Source of the DNA: Nitrospirota bacterium
Lineage (GTDB): Bacteria > Nitrospirota > Nitrospiria > SBBL01 > JAADHI01
Length of the DNA: 64,000 bases
Direction: 5' to 3'
Assembly: GCA_029261135.1 (NCBI GenBank)
Contig: JAJDBX010000013.1
Coordinates: 431-64,430, forward strand
The notes under the pieces: model-generated
What the model was told of the DNA's origin: nothing
The model's input: the letters and a program-made list of their open reading frames with translations, nothing else
Database searches by the model: none
Program-made: the position numbers and the translations under genes
In this document: one piece after another, positions 1 through 7,988 of the stretch
Position numbering within the stretch: the first letter of the stretch is position 1
Layout of the letters: each line of letters begins with the position of its first letter

Positions 1-504
1 TGAATCTCGTGAAGTGTTTTGTGGAGAGATTGAAGTCGATGAGTCTTATTTTGTGGTAGGCGTAAGGAAAAAAGGGACGAGGTGCAGGCGGAAAGATTCC
101 GGTCTTTGGTCTTCTAAAGCGCGGTGGGCCTGTGTATGCGAAGATTATTCCCGATGCATCTTCAGACTGATTCCGATTATAGAGCGTAAAGTGCTTCCTG
201 AGAGCATTGTTTATTTTGATTGCTGGCGTGGATATAACGTGTTAGATGTTTCAGAGTTTAAGCACTATCGAATAAATCACAGTGAATGATTTGCAGACAA
301 GAAAAATCATACCAATGGGATTGAGAATGTTTGGAATCAAGCGAAGCGACATCTACGTAAATTTAATGGAGTACCCAAAGACTATTTTGGTCTATTTTTA
401 AAGGAGTGTGAGTGGTGTTTTAATCCCCCGAATCCACTAGAGAAATTACATCAACTAAAACAATGGGTTAAATAATATCTACCTTAGTTATCTAGGATAG
501 CCCC
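1..504 (+). mobile_element. IS1595-family (IS1016-like) element, 3' part; frameshifted transposase remnant with right terminal IR
   Basis: Motifs across frames: GEIEVDESYF, GKIPVFGLLKRGG, IIERKVLPESIVYFDCWRGYNVLDVSEFKHYRINHS, NGIENVWNQAKRHLRKFNG, LFLKECEW; several frameshifts/stops; end ATCTAGGATAGCCCC (to 504) resembles the IS1016-type GGGGCT IR. Confidence 0.85.
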
Positions 505-650
505 TTAATAAGTCGTGATACTATACGCCGTAGATATGCCAAAAGGAAGGTACAGAACGAATTAATGAAGGTTATTCTTTATAATGCTGTAGACCCTATT
601 TCATGACGATGCAATACATCTAATGTCTTGACGAGCACACCTTAAGGCTC

Positions 651-1007
651 CTATGGATCTGAGTCCGATTTCCCTGCTTCAATGCAGGTCACACCCTCGG
701 AACCCGCTGTGGCACCGTGAGGAATACCGGGAGGCAGGATCAGTCGATCCCCGTGATTTAGTGTGAAGGTTTGTTTCAGAGTGGGAAGTTTAAATGTAAT
801 TTCCCCCTGTACACAAAATAATGTCTTTTTGAATTCATGTGAATGAACGTCAAAAGCTTCTTGAGCTTTTCTCGACCAGCGTGTCCATTGAATGTCTCGT
901 CCTTCAAAAAAACCGATGATTTCAGATTCGGGCAAGAGATGCTTGTGAGGCCAGCGGATGATATCAATTCCACCTGCAAAAGTTTCATGAAATGAGGGTT
1001 CGGTCAT
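651..1007 (-). CDS. Cupin domain protein
   Basis: HSH...LFCVQGEITF...LNHGDRLILPPGIPHGA cupin motifs. Confidence 0.8.
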   Translation of the reverse strand: MTEPSFHETFAGGIDIIRWPHKHLLPESEIIGFFEGRDIQWTRWSRKAQEAFDVHSHEFKKTLFCVQGEITFKLPTLKQTFTLNHGDRLILPPGIPHGATAGSEGVTCIEAGKSDSDP

Positions 1008-1036
1008 AATATTTTCGTCCTTCGTTTTATCATCCT

Positions 1037-1549
1037 TCAGTCTCCCCCTAAATAAAGCTTTGCAAGCTCAACATATTGTCGGGCCGATTTTTTCAAAAAA
1101 GTCGACTCTTCGGCAGTGAGTACGCGTTTTACCCTTGCAGGGGCACCAAAGGCCAGGCTTCCGGATGGGATCTCCATGCCCTCTGTCACAATGGATCCGG
1201 CACCGACAATCGCCCCTTCACAAATTTTTGCACCGTCGAGAACAATCGCACCCATGCCAATCAACACACGGTCTTTAATCGTACAGCCGTGCAGGGTGAC
1301 ATGATGTCCAACGGTCACCTCATTGCCAATGACCAGAGGATGCGTTTTTCGTGTGACATGAAGCATCGAAAGATCTTGGATATTCGTCCGTTCGCCAATG
1401 CGAATAGTGTTCACATCGCCCCGAATCACAGTTCCAAACCACACGGAGCTTTCGATGCCCACCTCAACATCGCCAATCACGTCGGCTGAGGGTGCAATAA
1501 AGACACTGGATGAAATAGTGGGACTAATCTTGAGAAAAGGATGAATCAT
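1037..1549 (-). CDS. Gamma carbonic anhydrase family protein (YrdA/CaiE-like, hexapeptide repeats)
   Basis: FIAPSADVIGDV, SVWFGTVIRGDVN, NIQDLSMLH, VGHHVTLHGC; start moved to ATG 1549 behind AGGAG. Confidence 0.92.
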   Translation of the reverse strand: MIHPFLKISPTISSSVFIAPSADVIGDVEVGIESSVWFGTVIRGDVNTIRIGERTNIQDLSMLHVTRKTHPLVIGNEVTVGHHVTLHGCTIKDRVLIGMGAIVLDGAKICEGAIVGAGSIVTEGMEIPSGSLAFGAPARVKRVLTAEESTFLKKSARQYVELAKLYLGGD

Positions 1550-1642
1550 GGGTGACTCCTTCACATTTATTGACACCGAAAGATACCATGTCAATTGCCA
1601 GGACAGCAAGAAATGAAGACTTCTAGCTATAGGGGACGTCCC

Positions 1643-1671
1643 TTGACAAAATGTGATCGTTTCAATATCAT
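1643..1671 (+). promoter_or_regulatory. Sigma70-type promoter for the 1865 gene
   Basis: TTGACA-N17-TATCAT. Confidence 0.6.
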
Positions 1672-1864
1672 GACTCCGCTTTAGCCTGGCGCTCTAAATT
1701 TTCTTTTCATGTTCGATATGGTGCTTTTATAGGCAGAGTAAATGATGAATTCAATACAAATTTTTGAAAAGAGAGGTAACTGAATTGAAAAAGAAGGCAG
1801 TTTATTCTTTTTTGCGTTTAGTTATCTCAATTTAGTTACCTCTATGATTAAAGGAGAGATATAG

Positions 1865-2707
1865 ATGAACAAAACTTCTAAAGTGCTTGGTTTGGCACTT
1901 GCAATGGGTTTAGTGACGACCCCGCTCGTATTCGCAAAATACGCGGAAGGTCCTGTCAGTGGCGGCGGAAGCATTACCGGTAAGGTTTCATTTAAGGGGG
2001 CACAGCCTGCTCCGAAAGAATTTAAGCTCGGAGGGTTCCCGCAACCGGAGTTTTGTGGAAAAGTCGATTCCAAAGATGGCATCCGCATGCGTCAAGATGT
2101 GCGCGTCAGTGGCGGTGGACTGGGTGACGTCGTTGTTTATATCGAAAAAATCGAAAGTGGGAAACCCTTTAAAACAATCGAGGCGAAAATTGTATCGGAT
2201 GGGTGCCGCTTTTTAGTCGCTGAAGGGGAAGGACCTTCCCGAGCCGTGACGGTTGTCGTCAACGCGAAAAAAACGGGTAAGAAATCGATCATCAAAGTAA
2301 AAAACCTTGATGCCGACCCCAGTGACCCTAAAACAGCGGGGGGAGTCCTCCACAACCCGCACGGCTATGATGTGAAGGGCGTCATTACCAAGACGACCTT
2401 CAACAAACCGCTTCCAAAATTGAACCAAGAGATCACGATTAAAGTCAAAAAAACATGGTTCAAGAAGACAGATTCATTTTTGAAGATTGAATGTGATCAG
2501 CACAACTACATGAACGTCTGGGCGCTTCCGGTTAGAAATCCATATTATGCCGTAGTCAACGACGACGGCACTTTTTCAATCGGTGACGTCCCTCCAGGAA
2601 AATATCAGCTAAAAGCTTTTCATCAAGAACTCGGCTTTAAAACTGCGGATATTACCGTGGCCGGCGGTGCAGCTGCCACTGCAAATTTTGAATTTGCCGC
2701 AAAATAA
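1865..2707 (+). CDS. Exported carboxypeptidase-regulatory-like domain protein with cupredoxin-like insert
   Basis: Signal peptide (..PLVFA/K), GGSITGKVSF, HNPH and CDQHNYM motifs, NPYYAVVNDDGTFSIGDVPPGKY; RBS GGAGAG. Confidence 0.75.
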   Translation: MNKTSKVLGLALAMGLVTTPLVFAKYAEGPVSGGGSITGKVSFKGAQPAPKEFKLGGFPQPEFCGKVDSKDGIRMRQDVRVSGGGLGDVVVYIEKIESGKPFKTIEAKIVSDGCRFLVAEGEGPSRAVTVVVNAKKTGKKSIIKVKNLDADPSDPKTAGGVLHNPHGYDVKGVITKTTFNKPLPKLNQEITIKVKKTWFKKTDSFLKIECDQHNYMNVWALPVRNPYYAVVNDDGTFSIGDVPPGKYQLKAFHQELGFKTADITVAGGAAATANFEFAAK

Positions 2708-2727
2708 CTCGCGTCAACATCTGTTCT

Positions 2728-2763
2728 AAAAAAGAGGGGAGTTTTGGCTCCCCTCTTTTTTTT
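2728..2763 (+). terminator. Rho-independent terminator (likely bidirectional)
   Basis: AAAAAAGAGGGGAG-TTTTGG-CTCCCCTCTTTTTTT. Confidence 0.9.
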
Positions 2764-2836
2764 ACTCAGATCTTTCGAAAATCAATCCCTATTCAACCTT
2801 ACAAATATTTCTTTGCCTCTGAATTAAAATACCGCA

Positions 2837-2865
2837 TTGCCATTGAAGGCATTTTCAATTATATT
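2837..2865 (+). promoter_or_regulatory. Putative sigma70 promoter for DGDI operon with inverted repeat in the spacer
   Basis: TTGCCA-N17-TATATT; ATTGAA-N6-TTCAAT overlaps the spacer. Confidence 0.4.
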
Positions 2866-2962
2866 GTCCCTAATGTTTGTGATGGAGAAGAAAAAAGCCT
2901 TATACCTTGAATATGGCTTCAATGAAATTCAAAGTATCGCCAATACAACCCTGGAGGTGGAT

Positions 2963-3295
2963 ATGCCAAAAACAGTGCTCAAAAAAGATTTAGAAGAGGC
3001 CATTGAAAAAGGAGACTCTGGAAAAATCACGGGAACATTGAAAAAGATATTTCTCAACGCAGTTGAACTGAACATCAAAACGACAGTCACAGATCAGCCC
3101 GGGCCAAAAACAATTTCCACAAAGATTAATATTATCGATGGGGATATTGAAACATTTCTCCACAAAGAATTTGCGCCGGACGCAGAAAAAGTCACGGCTT
3201 TCCATAAAGAACAAGTCAATAAAGGCGAAGAAATTATCGCAAGGAATCTCAATACCCTTAAAACCCTTGGGCAAAGCCTGATGGAACTTTTCTAA
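2963..3295 (+). CDS. Hypothetical protein, DGDI-motif family (gene 1 of 3)
   Basis: GGAGG RBS before ATG 2963; AVELNIKTTV, STKINIIDGDIET, FHKEQVNKG. Confidence 0.7.
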   Translation: MPKTVLKKDLEEAIEKGDSGKITGTLKKIFLNAVELNIKTTVTDQPGPKTISTKINIIDGDIETFLHKEFAPDAEKVTAFHKEQVNKGEEIIARNLNTLKTLGQSLMELF

Positions 3296-3309
3296 GTCCG
3301 GCGATCATC

Positions 3310-4131
3310 GTGAGTGGAAAAATCAATGAAATACTGATCGATGCGACGACTTTAGAAGTCAGTTCCCTTCTGGTTGAAGGCATTTCCGGACGTAAAATGC
3401 CCGGGGTTGCAGTCGCCTTTTTTGAAACCGTGCATGCCTGGGCCATTCAGTTTGAGCTTCTGACGGCAGACTTGAGAATTCCTGACCCGCTGCCCACGGA
3501 AGAAGAGGCAATCGAACCTGAATATCATATCGTTGCATCCACACGGGCCTGGCTCAAAAATGATGACAGCCCGGCCAATGAAATTGAAACCTATGAGAAA
3601 AATTTCACTAACCTTGCCGAGAACCCTTTGATGTTACAAATACTTGATTCTCAGTCGATGTTCTCTTTTCAAATACACCAAAGCAAGCAACTAAAAATGA
3701 GAGGAGAACAAGCAAAAACCCCTCGTCAATCTTCAGAGCTTAACCGTTTAATGAAAATTCAAATGCGCCTTTCAAAACTGCGATTTTATTTCTTAAAAAC
3801 AATCGAAACCAATGCAGCGGAGGGTTCCGATAAAAAATCTTTGGATAAAAATATGCTCGTCAATCGTGATATTCAAGAACTCCGAAAACTATGGGACTTG
3901 AAAGACGGCTACATTTTTGCCCAGAATACAGTACAACTCGATGGGGATATCATTAGCAGGCAAAATCTCCGTTTATACCAGGATCCCCGTCTGAAAGAAC
4001 GGACAGCACATCTCTTGGATTTCCATTATCAAAATGTTGATGTGGGCATGAAACATTGGCATTTTATTATCGATACCATCATCAGTTTGGCAAAAGCCGT
4101 CGGGACCGCGATTGTCTCCCCCTTCAAATAA
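3310..4131 (+). CDS. Hypothetical protein, DGDI-motif family (gene 2 of 3)
   Basis: 273-aa ORF; ATTLEVSSLLV, AQNTVQLDGDIISR, FHYQNVDVG. Confidence 0.75.
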   Translation: MSGKINEILIDATTLEVSSLLVEGISGRKMPGVAVAFFETVHAWAIQFELLTADLRIPDPLPTEEEAIEPEYHIVASTRAWLKNDDSPANEIETYEKNFTNLAENPLMLQILDSQSMFSFQIHQSKQLKMRGEQAKTPRQSSELNRLMKIQMRLSKLRFYFLKTIETNAAEGSDKKSLDKNMLVNRDIQELRKLWDLKDGYIFAQNTVQLDGDIISRQNLRLYQDPRLKERTAHLLDFHYQNVDVGMKHWHFIIDTIISLAKAVGTAIVSPFK

Positions 4132-4255
4132 AACCATTCCACTGACACATATTGGAGCGGGTATTGTCACCTTCCCCGTACCATTTTTGTCTGAAAAAAG
4201 TGCTGTGCGATTGAGTCCGCAGTGCCAAAACTCCGGATCTTCAGAAAGCATCAAA

Positions 4256-4675
4256 ATGATGGATCGCCCTTTATTTTTTGAAGTACTTAAAATCGGAGGC
4301 AATCTCCAAAACCTCTTTAAAAAAAACGGTTCTTTTTATGTCGAACTACTCCAGGGGGGCTTTCTTCAAAATGGGGCCATTACCCTGATCGGCTTGATGC
4401 CGGAAGCGGATAAATCCAATTCCAGTCTTCTAACAGAGTCTAAAAAAATCATGAAAACCATCGTTCAACTAGATGGAGACATCATCTGCCAAATAGACAA
4501 AAGTCTTTTAAAAGAACAAGAACTCAGGGCCCTAATCCAGGGGTTTACCCTTGTTCAGGATCAATTCTTTAAAGGGTTTAAAACCGTCCTCACCTCAATT
4601 CGACGTGTCATTATCCTGCTCCTCTCTCTTCTCATTCCGGCGATTTATCTCATTTGGAAAATAATCTTATCCTAA
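4256..4675 (+). CDS. Hypothetical membrane-anchored protein, DGDI-motif family (gene 3 of 3)
   Basis: KTIVQLDGDIICQI; C-terminal hydrophobic helix VIILLLSLLIPAIYLIW; start uncertain (4112 or 4256). Confidence 0.65.
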   Translation: MMDRPLFFEVLKIGGNLQNLFKKNGSFYVELLQGGFLQNGAITLIGLMPEADKSNSSLLTESKKIMKTIVQLDGDIICQIDKSLLKEQELRALIQGFTLVQDQFFKGFKTVLTSIRRVIILLLSLLIPAIYLIWKIILS

Positions 4676-4768
4676 ATCACAGTCGCGCTTCATCCAGTTG
4701 ATACTCATAGGCCCAGTTGACACTCAAGAGGCCGCGTTGATAAACTGCCTTTTTACACGGGAGGTTTC

Positions 4769-5764
4769 ATGGCAAAACGAAAAGCAATCGCACTATTATC
4801 CGGAGGGCTGGACTCGACCTTGGCCGCAAAAATCATTTTAGATCAGGGAGTTGAGATTCTCGGCCTCTATCTAGACAGTCCTTTCGGCTGCAAAGAAAAT
4901 GTTGAGGGTGTCGCAAAACATCTTGGCATTCAACTGAAGATTGTTGATAAAGGCATGGCCTATGTCGAGTTGATCCGCAAGCCTAAATTCGGTTATGGAA
5001 AAAACATTAACCCCTGCATCGACTGCCGGATATATATGTTCCAAATTGCAGAACGTGTGATGAAGGAGGAGCAGGCTGATTTTATTATTACCGGTGAAGT
5101 GCTCGGGCAACGTCCAATGTCGCAACGCCGAGATGCCATGGATACCATCGACCGTGAAAGCGAAACGGCAGGGATCGTACTACGCCCGCTTTCAGCACAG
5201 CATAATCCCCCAACACAAGCCGAGCTGTCAGGATGGGTTGATCGAGAAAAACTGCTCGATATTAGCGGGCGAGGTAGAACAGAACAATTGAAATGGGCCG
5301 AGGCACTTGAACTGAAGGAATATTCATCACCCGGAGGCGGATGTTTATTGACCGATGCCAATTTTTCTGTTCGCTTAAATACCTTCTTTGAGCAAAATAA
5401 AAATCCAACAATGACAGAGGTTCGACTCTTAAGATATGGACGACATTTTGATCTTTCCGACGATGCGCATTTGGTGATTGGTCGAAACGAAGCTGAAAAT
5501 GATCAACTGGAGGCGGTCTCTAAATCTGCTGTTTCAGAAGAAAAAATGACTTTATTCCAACCCGATTTTTCCGGCCCGGTGGCCGTGTTATCGGGTGGAA
5601 ACCGCCCCGAAATTCTCGATGAAGCGGCAAAGCTGATTGCAAAATATGCCAAAAAAGGCCTGATGGATAAGCAGAAGATTGATGTCACAACAGGGGAAAC
5701 AAAAGCTCGAATCACCGTCCAATTTCCACCCGAAGCGTCTTCAGAATTACTTACCATCGTTTAA
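4769..5764 (+). CDS. PP-loop tRNA thiouridylase (ThiI/MnmA-like)
   Basis: LLSGGLDS PP-loop, NPCIDCR, TGEVLGQRPMSQ, GGGCLLTD, GRHF. Confidence 0.85.
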   Translation: MAKRKAIALLSGGLDSTLAAKIILDQGVEILGLYLDSPFGCKENVEGVAKHLGIQLKIVDKGMAYVELIRKPKFGYGKNINPCIDCRIYMFQIAERVMKEEQADFIITGEVLGQRPMSQRRDAMDTIDRESETAGIVLRPLSAQHNPPTQAELSGWVDREKLLDISGRGRTEQLKWAEALELKEYSSPGGGCLLTDANFSVRLNTFFEQNKNPTMTEVRLLRYGRHFDLSDDAHLVIGRNEAENDQLEAVSKSAVSEEKMTLFQPDFSGPVAVLSGGNRPEILDEAAKLIAKYAKKGLMDKQKIDVTTGETKARITVQFPPEASSELLTIV

Positions 5765-5774
5765 TAGGCTTGAA

Positions 5775-6404
5775 ATGATTTTTGAATCTTTTCCTGTCGG
5801 CCCATTTCAATGTAATTGCATGATTCTGGGCTGTGAGAACACACAGACTGCTATTATCGTCGATCCAGGGGAAGAAGCCGAACAGATTTTATCTGTGTTG
5901 TCACAGCATGGGCTCAAGGTCGTCTATATCCTTCATTCTCACGCCCATCTTGACCATATTGGTGCAACAAAGACCGTTCATGAAAAAACCGGGGGAAAAA
6001 CCGGTCTTCATGAAGATGACATGTTTCTGTGTGATCATCTCTCAACGCAGGCCGAACTCTTTGGCTTGCCTACCCCAGAAACACCCATCATTGATCAATT
6101 TTTAAAAAATGGGGATACCCTTTCGTTCGGGAATTATTCGATAGAAGTGCTGCACACGCCGGGGCACACACCGGGAAGCTTGAGCTTTTTTATCGATACT
6201 GTAGGGTTAATCACGGGTGATACACTTTTTGCTGGAAGCGTGGGACGAACCGATCTTTGGGAAGGGTCTCATCCCACATTGATTTCATCGATAAAAAAGA
6301 ACTTACTCACTTTCCCTGATGAAACAATTGTTTATCCGGGCCACGGCCCAAAGACCACTATTGGCCGAGAGCGTCAAAACAACCCTTTCTTAGGAAATAT
6401 TTGA
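5775..6404 (+). CDS. MBL-fold metallo-hydrolase (GloC/YcbL-like)
   Basis: HSHAHLDH, HTPGHTPGS, TGDTLFAGSVGRTD, PGHGPKTTIGRE. Confidence 0.9.
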   Translation: MIFESFPVGPFQCNCMILGCENTQTAIIVDPGEEAEQILSVLSQHGLKVVYILHSHAHLDHIGATKTVHEKTGGKTGLHEDDMFLCDHLSTQAELFGLPTPETPIIDQFLKNGDTLSFGNYSIEVLHTPGHTPGSLSFFIDTVGLITGDTLFAGSVGRTDLWEGSHPTLISSIKKNLLTFPDETIVYPGHGPKTTIGRERQNNPFLGNI

Positions 6405-7381
6405 AAGTGATGAAGACCGGTTATTTTAGCCATCCCCTATATCTTAAACATGACACGGGAATCAGACATCCTGAATCCCCCCAACGGCTCTCCATTTTGG
6501 ATCAAGAAATCATCGGGCGAAAGGACTCAGATGCTATCCTTGCACTACAAGAGAAGCTTGAAATCATCACGCCCTCCCCGTTCAAGAATTTGTACGATTG
6601 GATTTCTGAGATCCATCTCTCCAACTACACCAATCGTCTCAAAGAGAAAGTCCCCAGAGCAGGACAGGTTTATTTAGATCCTGATACACCAATTTCTCCC
6701 GAATCACTTGCTGCCGCTGAAATGGCTGTTTCTGCGGTACTATGCGCAATCGATGCCGTTATGAATCAATCGATCCAAAATGCTTTTTGTGCAATCCGTC
6801 CGCCGGGACATCATGCTGAGCCAGATCATGCCATGGGCTTCTGTCTCTTTAATAACGTTGCTGTAGGGACACGCTATATTCAAAAACAGTATGGGCTCGA
6901 AAAAATTTTCATCATTGACTGGGATGTGCATCATGGAAATGGGACACAACATATATTTTATGATGACCCCTCTGTCTTTTATTTTAGTACACACCAATTC
7001 CCCTGCTATCCGGGCACAGGTGCAACAGAAGAACAAGGGAGTGAAATGGGCTTAGGCTATACCTTGAATGTCCCACTTTCTGCCGGTGCAGGTGATGCCG
7101 CACTACTGTCAATATTTAATAAAGAACTTTCTGAGGCCCTTTCTCAGTTTCAGCCTGATTTTATTTTGATTTCAGCAGGCTTCGATGCACACCGGGATGA
7201 CCCCTTGGCATCTTTGGAAGTCAGCACCGAAGGATTTGAATCGATGACAGAAATTGTTTGCTCTCTGGCCGAGACACACTGTGAGGGAAGGATCGTATCC
7301 TGCCTGGAAGGCGGATACAACCTGGAAGCCCTGGTACAATCTGTTGAAAAACACCTAAGGGTACTCGCCCTTCCCGAATAG
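6401..7381 (+). CDS. Zn-dependent histone deacetylase family protein
   Basis: HPESPQRL, RPPGHHA, MGFCLFNN, IDWDVHHGNGTQ, SAGFDAH, LEGGY. Confidence 0.93.
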   Translation: MKVMKTGYFSHPLYLKHDTGIRHPESPQRLSILDQEIIGRKDSDAILALQEKLEIITPSPFKNLYDWISEIHLSNYTNRLKEKVPRAGQVYLDPDTPISPESLAAAEMAVSAVLCAIDAVMNQSIQNAFCAIRPPGHHAEPDHAMGFCLFNNVAVGTRYIQKQYGLEKIFIIDWDVHHGNGTQHIFYDDPSVFYFSTHQFPCYPGTGATEEQGSEMGLGYTLNVPLSAGAGDAALLSIFNKELSEALSQFQPDFILISAGFDAHRDDPLASLEVSTEGFESMTEIVCSLAETHCEGRIVSCLEGGYNLEALVQSVEKHLRVLALPE

Positions 7382-7601
7382 AGCGGTGATCTTCTTCGCA
7401 GATATCTGCAATCTGAGTTGTTTGTATCCTCAGTTTTAAAGAAAACCCATATTCATTTTTTTCCAGATAAAGTCAAAAACTTGGTTTTATTGACATTTTT
7501 TGTCTTCTTTTAAGAATCAGAAGATCTCACTTTCTTTCTTTAAATATGTAAATTTGAATGATTTATTGTATCTTTTTAATGTTCTTCCCTCTATTTATAA
7601 A

Positions 7602-7617
7602 CGGCACATATGTTGCT
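7602..7617 (+). promoter_or_regulatory. Sigma54 (RpoN) -24/-12 promoter
   Basis: CGGCACATATGTTGCT: GG-N10-GC, matches YGGCAC-N5-TTGCW, ~60 bp upstream of ATG 7675 in an AT-rich region. Confidence 0.7.
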
Positions 7618-7674
7618 GTTTAATTCAGCAAAGTCTCACAACCCTGTGAATTGTGAAACATAAGGTTAGACAAG

Positions 7675-7953
7675 ATGAGTTCTATACAATACCGACCTAA
7701 AGAAGTGTGCAAGTTACTAGAACTTTCTTATCGCCAGCTTGAATACTGGGTCTTGATTGGCGTCGTCAAACCCGCATTTGAACCTCACGGCAAGAAAAAG
7801 TACCAGAAATTCAGCTATGAAGACCTTCACTTTTTAAAAAAAGTAAAAGCACTGACAGATGAAGGCTATCTTGTCAGCCGAGCAGCCGAAAAACTCAGAA
7901 AATTGATGAACCAAGAAAAAAATGTTCAATATTCTGTGAAGGTGGCGTCTTGA
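7675..7953 (+). CDS. MerR-type HTH DNA-binding protein (no effector domain)
   Basis: YRPKEVCKLLELSYRQLEYW..IGVVKP...FSYEDL..LK.VK.L.DEG. Confidence 0.8.
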   Translation: MSSIQYRPKEVCKLLELSYRQLEYWVLIGVVKPAFEPHGKKKYQKFSYEDLHFLKKVKALTDEGYLVSRAAEKLRKLMNQEKNVQYSVKVAS

Positions 7954-7988
7954 CTAGACGGTTTAGAAGCGTGCTTTAAGAAGGAGCT

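Noticed and set aside
14-289. 91-aa ORF as a functional protein
   Set aside because: Chimeric reading through frameshifts of the IS1595 transposase relic
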